A DNA stretch of 64,000 nucleotides from Pelomyxa schiedti (lineage: Eukaryota > Protista > Evosea). Below the pieces are notes generated by a model. The model was not told the DNA's origin, made no database searches, and worked only from the letters and a program-made list of their open reading frames with translations. A program made the position numbers and the translations under genes. The DNA lies in the NCBI GenBank assembly GCA_020536535.1, contig JAHLWZ010000799.1, positions 1-64,000 of the forward strand, in the 5' to 3' direction. Positions 1 through 14,138 of this stretch are shown here, piece after piece. The stretch's first letter is position 1; each line of letters begins with the position of its first letter.

Positions 1-453
1 TCGGGCCACAGGGGAGAGCTACCACTCGAAGCTACAGTACAGATGTTTGCTTATGCGCAGCACAGTGTCATGCAGGAGGACTCCAAAATGGAGGCAAATC
101 CAAACTCACAACCCACCATGCGCCTGAACGAGAATTCTGTCGGACCAGTGCTCGCCGAGGACATGCCACCAGATGCCGTTAAGGGTCCCTTTACTCAATC
201 TGACTGGCATTGAAAGATAATTTTCCTTTGTTCTCAACACTTAAAGGAGCCCCTTTCAATTCCACAACGCGGATCCCTTTTTGAAGCTCACATAAAGCTT
301 CAGCTGTTGACCATCATAGCCGCGGATCTGGCACTGTCGGCCGTCGTGGTAGAAAGGGCCCGTCGGGCTGATCGTGGCTCTCTCATTTTTGATGAAAAAA
401 GAAAAATTTGTTGACAGCAACACTGGTGACGGAACAGTGGGAACTGAGACCAT
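1..453 (-). CDS. Hypothetical protein, 5' part of a spliced gene running off the window edge
   Basis: ATG at 453, ORF 256-453, and a downstream exon-like frame (GIWWHVLGEHWSDRILVQAHGG) followed by a gtgagt donor. No family recognised. Confidence 0.4.
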
Positions 454-693
454 TGGTGGGTTGGAGTTACTGGTTGAATGAATGTGAAGGTTCCAGCAAA
501 GAGTCAGAGACCCAGACTGTCCGCTATTGCATCACAGACAACAACAAAAGAACCGAATACCAAATTCGACATTCGACGAATAGTCAAAAATCGAATTTAC
601 TCGAAGTAGAGGCGAGCCAGAAAAAGGATTTTCTTTTTTTTTGTCACCTTGTTTGTTTCTTTTGGGTGTGGTGTTATTGTGATGTTGACAACC

Positions 694-3600
694 TTATAGG
701 GTTTCATCCTCGTCTTCACTGTCAGGTGGGGCATCAACAAACCCTTTTGGTGTTTTCATGTTAGTTGGCACCAGAGCTTGTTTTTGAGTTTTTTTACCTT
801 CATCTAAGATTGACTCCGCGTCATTGTCCGGGGGTGTTGATTCAGTTTCTGTTGTGGATGTTGAGGTGGTGGTTGCGGTTGTGGTTGCGGTTGGTGGAGG
901 TTGTGTGTTATGCACTTCCGCACACTGTGAGTTGTAGAGAAGTTCTTGCGTGTCTGTGCTCTTTTGGGGGATTGCTTGCGGTAATTCCACTGGGGTATTA
1001 TTGGTTTCGGCTTGCATGTTTTGTGTGGTATGTTCTGGGATTGGCTGAGGTACTTGTTGTTGCACCATATCTACCTCTGTTGCGCTACTGGTTTGCGAAT
1101 GTGAGTGAGATTGGGTAACTGTGTTTTGGATGAAAGGAGCTGGAGTGGCTGTGGAATCCAGTGCGGAAGCCGCATCTTTCGACGGCGGAGTGGACGGTGA
1201 CTCTGCCGCAACGGTCGAAGTAGGTAAAATAGGTAACACCTTGGGAGTAGTGACGGGGAAGTAAGGGCTTTCACTTTGAGTCCACTTGAACTCTGGTCCT
1301 GGATGCAACTGAGAGGCTGGTGGCAGTGGTGGTGCTTGTGGTTGTGGTTGTGGTTGTTGGGCTCGGGGTATCTGTTCTGGTGGTACGTTATGATGTGGCA
1401 ATAACCAGTTGTATCCAGTACTGGTAGGTGACGAGGTGCTTTGCAGGTTTTGGGTGTGAACATGCACTTGTGGTGCTCTAGGATGGGCAATTATTTCGCA
1501 TAGAGATAGACCATCCGCACAGGCTTTGGATACCTGCCTGCTGTTAGGATCAGGGAAGTAATATCAACGGAAACTGTGTACTCGAGAATTCGAGTGACAA
1601 AGCCCGGTTCGAAATTGATCTATTGCAAATGCAATGAATGGGACACCACCGATTGGCTCCGGAATGGCCATTTTGCATAGCTTGGAAGCAGTGGTAATTA
1701 CTGCCTCACAGAAGGGTATCCGTCCCTGTCCTAATTCACTTATTAAATTTGCCGAAGTCAAGGAAGCGATAACTTTAGCATACCAGATATATCCGGAGGG
1801 AAATAGGGATTAACAGAAAGTATAAGAAGTGGTGTAATGACTTGGGCTAAATGAAGAAGTTGTTGAGAAGTGAGTAACAGCCCGGAATAGTCTAACAAAT
1901 CCGATAGCGCTGAACAAAACAAAATAAATAGACACTTCTAGATTGTATCACTAACCCTGCAGGGCACCAGTAGTAGAAACAAGTCCAGCTAACTCTTGGA
2001 AGTTCATATCAGATTGAGTAGACTCTCCCTTTTTTTCTATGTGGAAAGTCGTATTTGAAGCCTGCATACAAGTCAGGAGAGGAGGCCAAGACTTGATGGA
2101 ATAGTACTGAAGTAAGAGCACTAAGAGCAGGGGTTTTCGATGAAATAAACTGTGTCATATGTCTGATGACTGAATCACAGAGAAGACGGCTGCAACTGCA
2201 ACCAAAAACCCGGAAACAGTAGGAAACACTCTGAAGTAGTGATTTTTGAAACCTTGGTTGTTGAAACCAAGAGCTGGTTGAAGTCAGACAAACAATTTAA
2301 TGTGAATTGGTGCCATACTTTGATGAAACACGTAAAGCAATGCCAATTAAATATGTTATTTCTACCATGGAGGGTAGGGCTTGCTTTTTCATTCTGGCAA
2401 CAGACTGTTAATTTACCATTTCATTCTTGGAGAAGGCTGGAACATACACAACAATTAAAGAGGAAATCACTTTTAATGCAAGAGAAAAGATGTTGGGAAG
2501 AGTTGTCAGCAAATCTAATATCAGCCTTCTATCAATGGGTGTCGCATTCACACACTTCCTCTTTTGTGATAACAGGTTACTTCACTTGAAAAACAGGCAG
2601 ACAACAACCTCAAGTAAAGTGGGTGAAACATTGATCATGTGTGCAGCCACATCCAGCACGACACTGGGGCACACACAAGCACAGCGCAGTTTTGGGTCAG
2701 CGTGGCTGATCTGCGATACCAATGCCCGGCACAAAGTCTCCAACTTGCGTGCACTCTTGCTTACATCCACAGCGTCAAAAAGCCCAAAGCTCAAAGTGGC
2801 CGCTGTTTCCACACTCCGTCTCCATGCCGGTGCTATAGTACGCTGTTAGTGTCTTTTGGTGTGATAAGGGCAACCCACCCATTGAAGAATCTTCCATCCC
2901 TTTGTATAGAGAGTTGAGGAGATGGTGCATTGCACCTACAATCTTCAAATCTTGTTGTGGGTGCCAATTCAGTAGTCCAGTATTGGCTATGGGTAGTGTT
3001 GTTATGGAGTGAACTGAAGCTATGGCAAGGCACTCGGCAACCGCCTGATTAACAGGTGAGAAGAAGCATGGCTGTAAGATAACTCGCCATTCGAATGACG
3101 ATGGAATTTGAGGTTACGAAAGATGACAGATTGCTGAATAAGGTCGAATTTTCTTCTTGGGCTTTGAAGGAACTGGGCACCAGTTCCAAAAGTAGTTTTA
3201 GACAAAAAGATGCGAATTTCTAGTGCGTTCATCAGAAGTAATAAGTAACGCCAACCCTCCCACATTTTTTTTTTTTCAATTGAAGATATTAGGGAAGGAA
3301 AAGATACTGCAGAAGGAAATTTCCTGTTATGCTTGATCACATTTGTATAAGCCAAGGCCAGGCGAGGAGCATAAGATCGTAACAGATCTTGCCTCAGAGA
3401 AGCCCATTGCATACATGAGCACACAAAAGAGAGAGCTCCCACACAGGCCGCTGAACAAACAATGTCTGGCTCACTGGACTGCCTTCATTAAAAAAATGGG
3501 CCAAGGCACAGTGAAAAATCAGACAAACCTGGGAATAAGTCAAAAAATGATCAGCCCACTGTTTTGCTAGCAGTTGCTCCTGAGTCATGTGTTTAAGCTG

Positions 3601-4322
3601 AATTTTGTAAGAGACATGGAATGAGCCCCCACCCCCACCAAGCAGAAATATCTACCAATTTAGACAAAGCAGTAAACCCAAGACCCCTGATGAAATCTGT
3701 AGCACCCCGCGAACTAGCCACCACAATTTTATTGACCCTGCAAGTACTATAAGCACCACCAAAACGCCAGCCGACAACACATAAATCTAATACTACTATA
3801 ATATCACTTCAAAGTACACCCATAAATAACAATATCAACAACAACACTACAGCACAACAAACAAAACATAGGGGCAGGGCATCAGATAAGAGATTCGTAC
3901 AGTGGAGCCGTTTCAGTCGGCGACTCAGCAAACGTGTCAGCCAGGCCCCCACGTCCCCCGTTGGCGGCAGCCGCGTCCAAATCGGCGAACAGCCCGCGCA
4001 CCCATAATCCCTTCACCCCCTCGGCCGTCCCCGCCATCTTTGCCGGCCCCCTCGCCGCACTCGCACTGGCACTGCCACTTGCACTTGCACTTGCACTTGC
4101 ACTAGCCGTCTTGCTCGTACGACTCACGCTCTCGTCCTCCTCCTCCTCTTCCTCTTCCTCGTCATCCTCGACCACCTTCCCGCTGCTATTTTTAGCAGAG
4201 CCCTTGTTGCCCGAGGCTGCGTCGGCGTCGGGGGTGTCGTCGGCGGCCCCCTGCGTGGTGTCCTCGGCAGTGCACGAGTAGAGAAACTCGGCGACGCGTT
4301 GCAACACGGCAAGCCCTTGCAT
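694..4322 (-). CDS. Large multi-exon hypothetical protein (acidic/Ala-Ser N-terminus, helical core, Pro/Thr/Gln-rich C-terminus)
   Basis: Collinear minus-strand ORFs 3882-4322, 3394-3588, 3020-3442, 2582-2812, 1564-1761 and 694-1467, separated by intron-like stretches. Joining them into one gene is inferred. Confidence 0.5.
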
Positions 4323-4515
4323 CTGGTGCTTCTACTAGTAGTACGAACGCGGGTGTACCGTGGCGACGATGTTTGGTAATTAGCGAAATTGGGAGGCCGA
4401 AGTGCAACTGCAAAGGTTCGCGGAAAAACAACTCCTTTTGTTTCTGGTTTGTTTTCAGAGGGTGCTGGAAGTAGTTAGTTGCCAGGGTGGATTTGAGTGC
4501 TTTCCACTTTTGGTT

Positions 4516-5939
<1,424 letters not shown>

Positions 5940-6239
5940 CAAAGAGGTGTTTCCGCTAAATCACAAAATGAGCGTGGGGACCCATTCCGTTTCAGATTGT
6001 GATTGTGACCCTAAGAGTGCCTTCTGTGTTCCACACAAACAGTCAGCTTACCTTCCAGAACAATTGAACTGGAATACAGAGCAGAACATGGAACCACAGA
6101 AGGCATTCTTAAAGACCAACAAAGCCTTGGAGCGCGTTGTTCTTTTTTTTTTTTTTGTGTTGTTTTCACTGTGATAAGTCTCAACGTTCATTGTCATCAC
6201 TGCTAGTCGAGCCGGTTTTGAGTGTTACAAATTTCAGAT

Positions 6240-7149
6240 TCAATGAATTTCCTCTTTTTTTGAATTGTCAGCATTGAGGCACGCCTGTTCTAGTTTAGAA
6301 GGGGTAACGGGCTTTCAACTAACCTGAATGAAATTTTTGGACTCAGTTGCTGTGATGACTGGTTGCAGCTTTGGTGTACCAAACGTATATAGGTGCCCTG
6401 ACTCACTGGCTACCAAGAGGAGTACTTCACATCCAGTCAATGTTGAAAGTTCATAAGCCTTTTCCTCAAGTCAAGTCGAGTCATGAATATAAAGGAACCT
6501 TTTTCATAATGCCGGCCTTCCGCTTTGCAAAAGTTATAGTCCTGGTTGATTTGTTTTGAATTAACTCTATGGTACGATTCCTGCGCCTTCCTGTGGGTGA
6601 TGGTGTAAATCCAGTGGGCTCTGTTCCAGTATCGTATGTGCTATTGTTAAGCAAATTGTTGATCATACAGCTCCCAGGTGGGGAGGCCATCTGTAGGGTT
6701 GGAAAGTTATCCTGCATGCTTATTGATATGAAACCCAAGAAGGGGGACGGGAACCTTCTGGTTCTGGTCTGTGTGTAAACATGAAAGCAGGGATGCAACG
6801 CTGGGAAAAGCTGAGGATGATGAAGAGGAGGGCTGCTGTGCTGTAATATCTGGCAGCGGTGGGACATTTGATTTGTTTTCCGTCATTGAACTTTGTGAAG
6901 CCATGAATGCTTGTGTCATATTGAAGGCGGTTTGAGCCAAAGTACTCTGTGGCAGCGAGTCAGGTTGACTCTTCAAGCACTTCTATGAGAGAATTTTAGA
7001 CATACAGAAAAATGAAACAAAACACTGACCTGCAATAGCTGAAATCCAGCTCCACCAACTTGGAAATCCGGTTCGAATTTGGGGGACATGTAACTGGAAA
7101 CTTCGTTTGGATTTGGAAAAACCATCAGCACGACAGAGTGCCCAGTCAT
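6240..7149 (-). CDS. SRF-type (type I) MADS-box transcription factor
   Basis: Spliced RTIELIQNKSTRTITFAKRKAGIMKK|AYELSTLTGCEVLLLVASESGHLYTFGTPKLQPVIT...IQ|ACLN matches the SRF/Mcm1 MADS + SAM core. The start codon is tentative. Confidence 0.93.
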
Positions 7150-7482
7150 CTCGGCCGCCTCCTGTGCCTAAAAGGAGAAACACAACCACAATTACGAGTT
7201 TGCGCCGAGGGTTCACACACAGCACAAAAATCCAAACGTGAACAAGCAAGCAAAGCAGGCGTGGACGGGAAATTGAAACTCAACAGCGACGAAGACGTTG
7301 GACCAGCCAGGCGGGGGCAGAATACGTGACATATTGCTCGTTGTGGCACACGGCACTCCAAAGGTATTCGTTCCCAGCATCTTTCCAACCGTTGTTGTAT
7401 CAATCGTTCGTTTTGTGTCTCTTGTTTTTTTTCTTTCGCAGAAAGATCGCAGATCACCGGTGGGCTTTAATTAAAAAACGCG

Positions 7483-10400
7483 ATGGCTGGGGCCGAAGAA
7501 CCGATGAGGGCTGTTTGCTCTATGTTGGTGTCGCTTTCATCTGTGGATAACGGAACGAGACAGCCCGCGGAGTGTCAGTATCAGGCGATACTAGCCGACG
7601 GCACCACGTCGGCGGCACTCGCTGTTAGCCTCGCTTCGTTCGTGGGTAATAGAGTGCACCCTGACGAAGCTGTGTGTTGGTCTTTTTTTTTTTTTTTTTT
7701 TGTTTTTTTTTTTTTTGGCTTAATTTCAATTTGAATGAAATGTAGATGAGGCAGTTGGCGGCCACCCTTTTGTGTCAGGTCTTGGGGAAAAATAAATACA
7801 AAACAAAAACTTGGTCACTTCTGGTGCCTGAGCAGAAACAAGTCATAACTGTACAAAACCCATCAAACTGATGGCGGAATCCTAACAAACAAACAAACAA
7901 AAAAAATTAGCAAATGTTGATGCAATCCACTGCTAAAGAGCTATCACGGCCTGTTATGCGGAAAGTGTGTGACTGCATATCATATCTTGGATCAAAACTC
8001 ATCCCCCAAAGTACTTTTCCACCTATTTATGCTTTTTTCTTTTTAATGGCATGGAGATGGTTGGCCGGAACTTCTCCCATTTTTATTCCAGTGCACTAAG
8101 TCACCGGTTTCTTGGACACCCTCCCAACTGCCCACAACATGCATACATAAACACTGACACTCCCACCACCATGAAGGATTGGCTCTTCTTCCAACACTGA
8201 CATCCAACAGGAATCCACTACACGATGTGCAGCCCTGAACATCTTTGCAGACCTTGCTTTGTTACTTGGGGATGACTCATTCGCTCAATTCCAGAGTTAT
8301 GTTGGCACAATCCTCAGTGATGGACTCAAAGACGGGGACTTGCAGGTGCTTTCTGGCGCTGTTATATTCCTTTTTATAATTTCTCACAGGTACGATTAGA
8401 AGCCCTTACTGCGTGCTCCACGTTTCTTCATTTACTTGACAATGCAAACGAAGCATGCAATTTTTCTTATTTGCTTCCATTAATGTTAGAGGTCTGGTCC
8501 CTTTTTCCTCTTCACTTCTCTGGTAACCTAACTCAGTGCATTCGCATGGCTTTGGTCAATTCCCATCCAGAACATGCAAGAAATGCTCTGAGTGTTTTTG
8601 TGGAATTGAATGAGATTGTTCCAGAATTTTTCGTCTCTCATTTCCTTCAAGTTTCTCAGACAATGATGGGAATAGCATCCACTACACAACTCGAAGATGG
8701 TGTGCTTCTTGTACACTTGTACATAAAACCCTTCCATTACCACAATAATTTAGTACAATCATGCCACAGATACCCGCCAACTTGCTTTGGTTCACCTGAC
8801 TACGTTTTGTGAAACCAGCAAGTCTACTGTCAGGTATATTTCTCCCTCTCGCCACTTCTTATAATTGCTTGACAAACTTCAAGAAACCAGCCTGTTTTTC
8901 TTCAAGAATTTGTGGCCGTACTCATGTCGTGGCTTGTAGAATGTGAAGACGACCCTCTGTGGTATCAATTTGAAAGCGTAGAGAACGAATCAACCTCTTT
9001 TGCTGAAGAAATGATTGACAGAGTCTGTGTGGCCTTGGGTACCTGTCCTCTCCACATTTTCTCCATAATCCTCACTACCAAACAGGCGGAAAGATTCTTA
9101 TGACTCCCTTATTCACGAAGATAAATGAGTTTCTATCTAATCCTAACTGGAAATACCGCCACGCTGGTCTCATTACTGTGGCGTCATCTGTGGCAGGTTT
9201 CTCAAGTGCACTTAAGGAACACCTTGAAAAGATTCTGCAGTATGCTCCTTTTATCCCTTCGTTGTATTTCACAATTTTTTCCCAGACTAGTTGGAAAATT
9301 TTGTGCTGACAGTCACCCACGTGTTCGTTGGGCCGCATGCTTGGCAATGGCCCAGTTGTGTGACGGCTTTTCTGTGCGTTTCTTCAAGTCTTTCAACAAC
9401 ACCTCTAAAATCAGCAAAGGGATACATTGAAAATAAGTACCATACACTAATCATTCCAATTTTACTCCCGTGCCTTACAGATACAGTTCTCAGGTTTATT
9501 TTTTTCAAAGACTCTTAAATAACTTTGCCATTAATCCAGGGTACGTGGGCAATGTGCTGTAGCTCTCAAAAAAACTTGTGAAAATGCACGAAGGAAAATC
9601 ATTTGTCCATACATAAACAATATTTTAACCAATCTTACAAGCAATCTCTCCTCAAAGTACTTACATCTATTACGATTTGCAAAATTTCTCATTGCCTACT
9701 TCAGTTGCTTGAAGTTACTTGAAGTTATTGTACCTCTTCTCTCTGCTGTGGCTACTTGTGTCAAAGCAGACTTCGCCAATGTTGTTAACAAGAATTCAAT
9801 TTAATCTAAATTTAATTAATATTTACTTATTCATTCACTCAGTACTACGACTCCTTTGCACCTTTCTTGAAAAGTGTTATTTCTACTGCAAAGACTAAGG
9901 AGTTTCGTCAACTTCGCGCTCTGGCAATGGAGTGTCTCACCAAAATGGGTTTGTTACTTGCATTACCTTCCTGACAGCTAAGGCAATTTTTCACCACAGG
10001 TATTGCCGTTGGAAAAGAAAAGTTTAGTAGAGATGCAATTGGCATTATGCAAGAAATTATGTCTTCCCCAGGTAGTGGGAAAAATCAGATGTTCACTTCC
10101 TCACAGTTATTATTGTAGTTGAATTTGATGACCCACAAGTCAATTACATGCAAGATGCTTTTTCTCGCATCGCGGAATGCCTTGGGAGGGACTTTGCCCC
10201 GTATCTTCCTCTGGTTATGCCATCTGTTTTGGCACGTGCCACTATATCTGCCGATGTGTCCTTCACGGGTGGTGAGTTCCCCTATCGTTTTCCTTATCCA
10301 AAACTTTGAGGCAGGCACAACTGACGACATGGGATGGGAGGTATTCCAGTATGGAGAGAAGGTAGTCACGAAGAATACACTTTTTCTCAGCCAACTCAAT

Positions 10401-12184
10401 CACAGGAACAAGGACCACACACCTCACTCCTTGAGGACAAAGGCACGGCCCTTCATGTTTTACTTGAATACACCACCAGTCTGGGAGAAGTTTTCTTCCC
10501 ATATATTGAACAAGTGGCACAAATATTTTCCAGTCATATGACATTTTATTACAGTGACAGTCTGTACACACTTTTTCCACTCGTTTTTCTTCTTCCCGAA
10601 AACGTCTCTAGGTATAAGGTTTGAAGCATCTTCAAGCCCTCCATTTATAGTCAAGTGCATTCTGAAACACTTGAAAGTATCAGGTTTCACTCACATTTCT
10701 CAACCCGAGCCTAAGGAGTTAATAGGTACACAGGACAAACCTGTCCTCTTCAAAGTATGGCATCTCCTCTTTGACTCACTCGTGAAGGCAGCCAGGGATG
10801 AACCCGATAGATCAACACTGGCTGCACAGCTGTCATCAATCAAAGAAGTCGTAGCCCCCACCCATTATTTTTTCTTACTTTTTGTAGTGTCTTGAATACA
10901 TCAAGGAGCCTTCACTCACAGCAAGGCAAATTGAAGATTTTGTGGGGGCGGCCTCTGGTATTCTGAAGGAATCTCGTATTGCCTGCTCGGATTTAACTCA
11001 AGGTGCTTCTTTTATCTAGGGGCAAACATTTACATCTTTACAGAGGCGGACTCTGATGACGAATGTCCTGACGATGAAGAACTTATCTCTGAACACAGTG
11101 TCCTACAAAATGTACTTTTTCCTGTTCTCTTTTACCATCATTACACAATTTACAGGTTTGCGACGCCTTAGGATTTCTTTCAGCACACCACGCACGAGAA
11201 TATTCTCCCTTTTTCCACACACACATACTCCCGCAAGCTCAGCAGATGATGGTAATATCTCCCAATGTTCCCACCCCTTGACCTTGAGTTGTAGGCACCC
11301 ACACAAGAGTGGTTTGAACAACAGCAAGGAATGTGCTTACTGATTGATATAATTGAACACTCAACGTATAGTGTGAAGACTTTACCAATTTAACACAGCC
11401 ACAGAGTCATGGGTTTGCCCCTGTTGGGGATTGCTATGGATCCGCTACTATCTTTTGCGAAGTCACCAAATGCGAATTTGCGGCAAACAGCATTTTACGG
11501 ATTGGGAATATGTGGCAAAAATGGGTGGCCAGAATTCACGGCATACCTTGCAAGTGAGCTTTCCTGGCAATTGTGTAACATTTTAACTTCAAATTCGTTG
11601 TAGATTCCTTAAGAATTCTTCATGCTTCCATAAAGGATCCAAAATCAAGAATCGACGAGGAAGCCTCGTGTGCCACTGACAATGCTATCTCAGCGATAGC
11701 AAGAATCTGTGAAGGACATGGTATAATTACTACACAAGCAGTGTTCTCTTTTCCCTTTTTCACATTGATGCTAGCACCTCAGATTCCTCTAAACGAAGTT
11801 CTTCCATTTTGGCTTGAATGTCTTCCTCTGTCAAGTGACGAAGAGGAGTCCGATTACTGCACGGGCAGACTGTGCCACTACATAGAAACGTGTGGCTCCC
11901 CTTTTTTCCCCCTTCACCGCCATCCACTCACATTGACTGCCAGCACCAATGAATTCGTTGTTGGGGCCAACATGGAGAGTCTGCACAAGGCTGTGCACAC
12001 ACTCACCGAGAGTCTCTCACAAGGAACAATGAGCAGCCAGACCGCCGAGTACGCAGCTTCTGTTATCAACAAATTGGCCCATCAACAAACAACACGCCCA
12101 GTTCCCCCCACTGTGCTCCAGCACATTTGGGCATCACTCCCTGAGAATTGTAGGGCCGTAGTCCAGGCCCTACTCATACCATAA
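7483..12184 (+). CDS. IPO5: Importin-5 / karyopherin beta-3 (Kap121/Pse1)-like HEAT-repeat transport receptor
   Basis: WPELLPFLFQC; NWKYRHAGL; DSHPRVRWAACLAMAQL; RQTAFYGLGIC; ATDNAISAIARI; WLECLPLSSDEEE. Many short introns. Confidence 0.88.
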
Positions 12185-12297
12185 AAAATCAAACTTGAAG
12201 AGACAAAAAGAAGTTTTTAAAAAGTGGACAGGACAGGATCATTGAATGCATCATCAAAGGAATAAAAGAAGGAACTGGTTTTTGTCCACTGGAATCA

Positions 12298-13935
12298 TCA
12301 GGAGGTGGACACCCCAACGAGCCTCTCACTGAGTTCCCACAGCTTTTTGGCCAACAGGGGGTCATCGGCAAGGGGGGATGTTTTTGTGCTCCTCCTGCAG
12401 TCGCTGTAGTGCAACCCCGGCTGCAGTTGGTGAGCCAGGGGGCCTTCCTCGGCTAGGGCACAGTGGAGTGTGGTCTGAGCTCCCTCTTCTGAGGACTTCA
12501 TTCCAAGCCAGCTGGATTGTGGGACGAAAAGGGAGAGGGAGTGAGAACAAGAAGAGTGGGAAGTCCCTCCCCTGTGTAATGGGATTGAATACCCGAGAAT
12601 GAAGTAGAGTATTACAATGATTCTGGGCAAATGCCGCGTGATGCTGGTCCGAATCACACCTTTGCAAGAATTACAGTTAGAAGAAGACTGGGAATGAGTT
12701 CAGAGGGAAGAAGGAACCGGGATGAAGTGAGTAGGAGGATATTTCTTTTCCGAATCTTCTTTGCAGTTCTCTTGTAAACAGAACGTTGGCTAGTTTACTT
12801 CTACCGTACATCTACTTGGAAGTTAAAGGAATCCATGGGTGTCGATATACTCTAGCAGAGTCGTATGCTGCACTGGTGGGATGAATATTGTCTAATTCTA
12901 GATCATGGCAATACGCATTTGCGATAGATGATACATTTACAACCCGGGCACGAGATTGGCGCAAAGCTGCAGCAAGGATTCAGAGTGGTAATTTACTTGG
13001 GAATTCAAAAGTATTACTGGGGAGTAGCAAGGCAGTCAGAAGGAAATGACCAAGGTGGTTGATTCCGAAATGTACTTCGAACCCATCAGCAGTTGACCCA
13101 TGCTACAAAACAGTGATAAGTCAAACACGGTGAGATAAGAAATTACAGGTTCTAACATGACACCAGCGTTATTTATAAGAAGGTCACATCGATGAAAGTT
13201 GGAAAGAAAATCTGTGACAGTTAAGCATGGAAAAAGTGGCGTTTAGTCAACCTTGTGCAAAATTTCTCACTGAGGCAAGGGAAGAAAGATCCAATTTCAT
13301 AACCTGTGTTGATGTGAGAAATCTCACCCACGTGGGCAGCTTCAACCTTGAATTCTCCTTGAATCCCCTTGTACCTCTTTTGAATATCCTCAACAGCTTC
13401 CTCTCCTTTCTATCAAAATAATTCTCAATAGGAATTTTTACTTGATGATACAAGTTAGGTGTAGCACTCAAAAATGGGAAAAAAAAAAAACACTGACATT
13501 GAGAGAAAGTTTTTTGTTGTAGAGTGAAGAGGCTCTCGAATTATTAATTGTGAGAATAGAATCTTAAATCCAGAATAACGCCCAAACAAGCTAGCTTAGT
13601 CTCACAATTATTATTTCACACAAAGAGCCAATAGATAAACATCAGAGTTATGGAGATTTTATCCTTACCCTCAAGTCCCTGACAGCCAGCACCACAATTG
13701 CACCCAATTGACCCAACTTGGCCGCGGTCTCCCTCCCAATCCCCGTGTTGGCTCCTGTAACAATTGCCACCTTCCTCCCATAATCCGCCGTGCGCGGGTC
13801 TCCCCCCTTGGTAGCACCTCCACGTAGAACGAGAGCTGGGGAGGCCTTGCACCTTCCTCCTGCTGAATAGAGCCTCAGTCCCCGAACAAGAATGCAGGCG
13901 CATACAACTCCCACAATGGCAACAACAAACCCCAT
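12298..13935 (-). CDS. Short-chain dehydrogenase/reductase, retinol dehydrogenase (RDH11/12/13)-like, with N-terminal membrane anchor
   Basis: VTGANTGIG; [13 protein letters not shown]; LINNAGVM; [18 protein letters not shown]; catalytic YGRSK; SLHPG|VIRT; EEGAQT. Confidence 0.95.
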
Positions 13936-14138
13936 TGGGTGTGATACAAAAGGCACCAAGGCGTGGTGACGATTTCAAAATTTTGTAGTGCTGAGAAAAA
14001 AAAAAAAGGAAAGGAAAGAAACACAAGGTGCTCGAAAGGTTCAGTGTTTTTTGTTTCGGGAATGTATTGTCCGTTCACGGGAAAATCCCATCTGTTAGTG
14101 AGTGTTGTAATACAGTTGAGAATAGTGCGTGAATGCCA

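Noticed and set aside
560-600. AAATTCGA...TCGAATTT inverted repeat upstream of the first gene
   Set aside because: Only 8-bp arms and not seen at other promoters; may be chance.
12730-12745. ATATCCT on the minus strand as a U12-type donor
   Set aside because: It lies within SDR coding sequence ([11 protein letters not shown]). I saw no convincing U12 intron, but did not search exhaustively.
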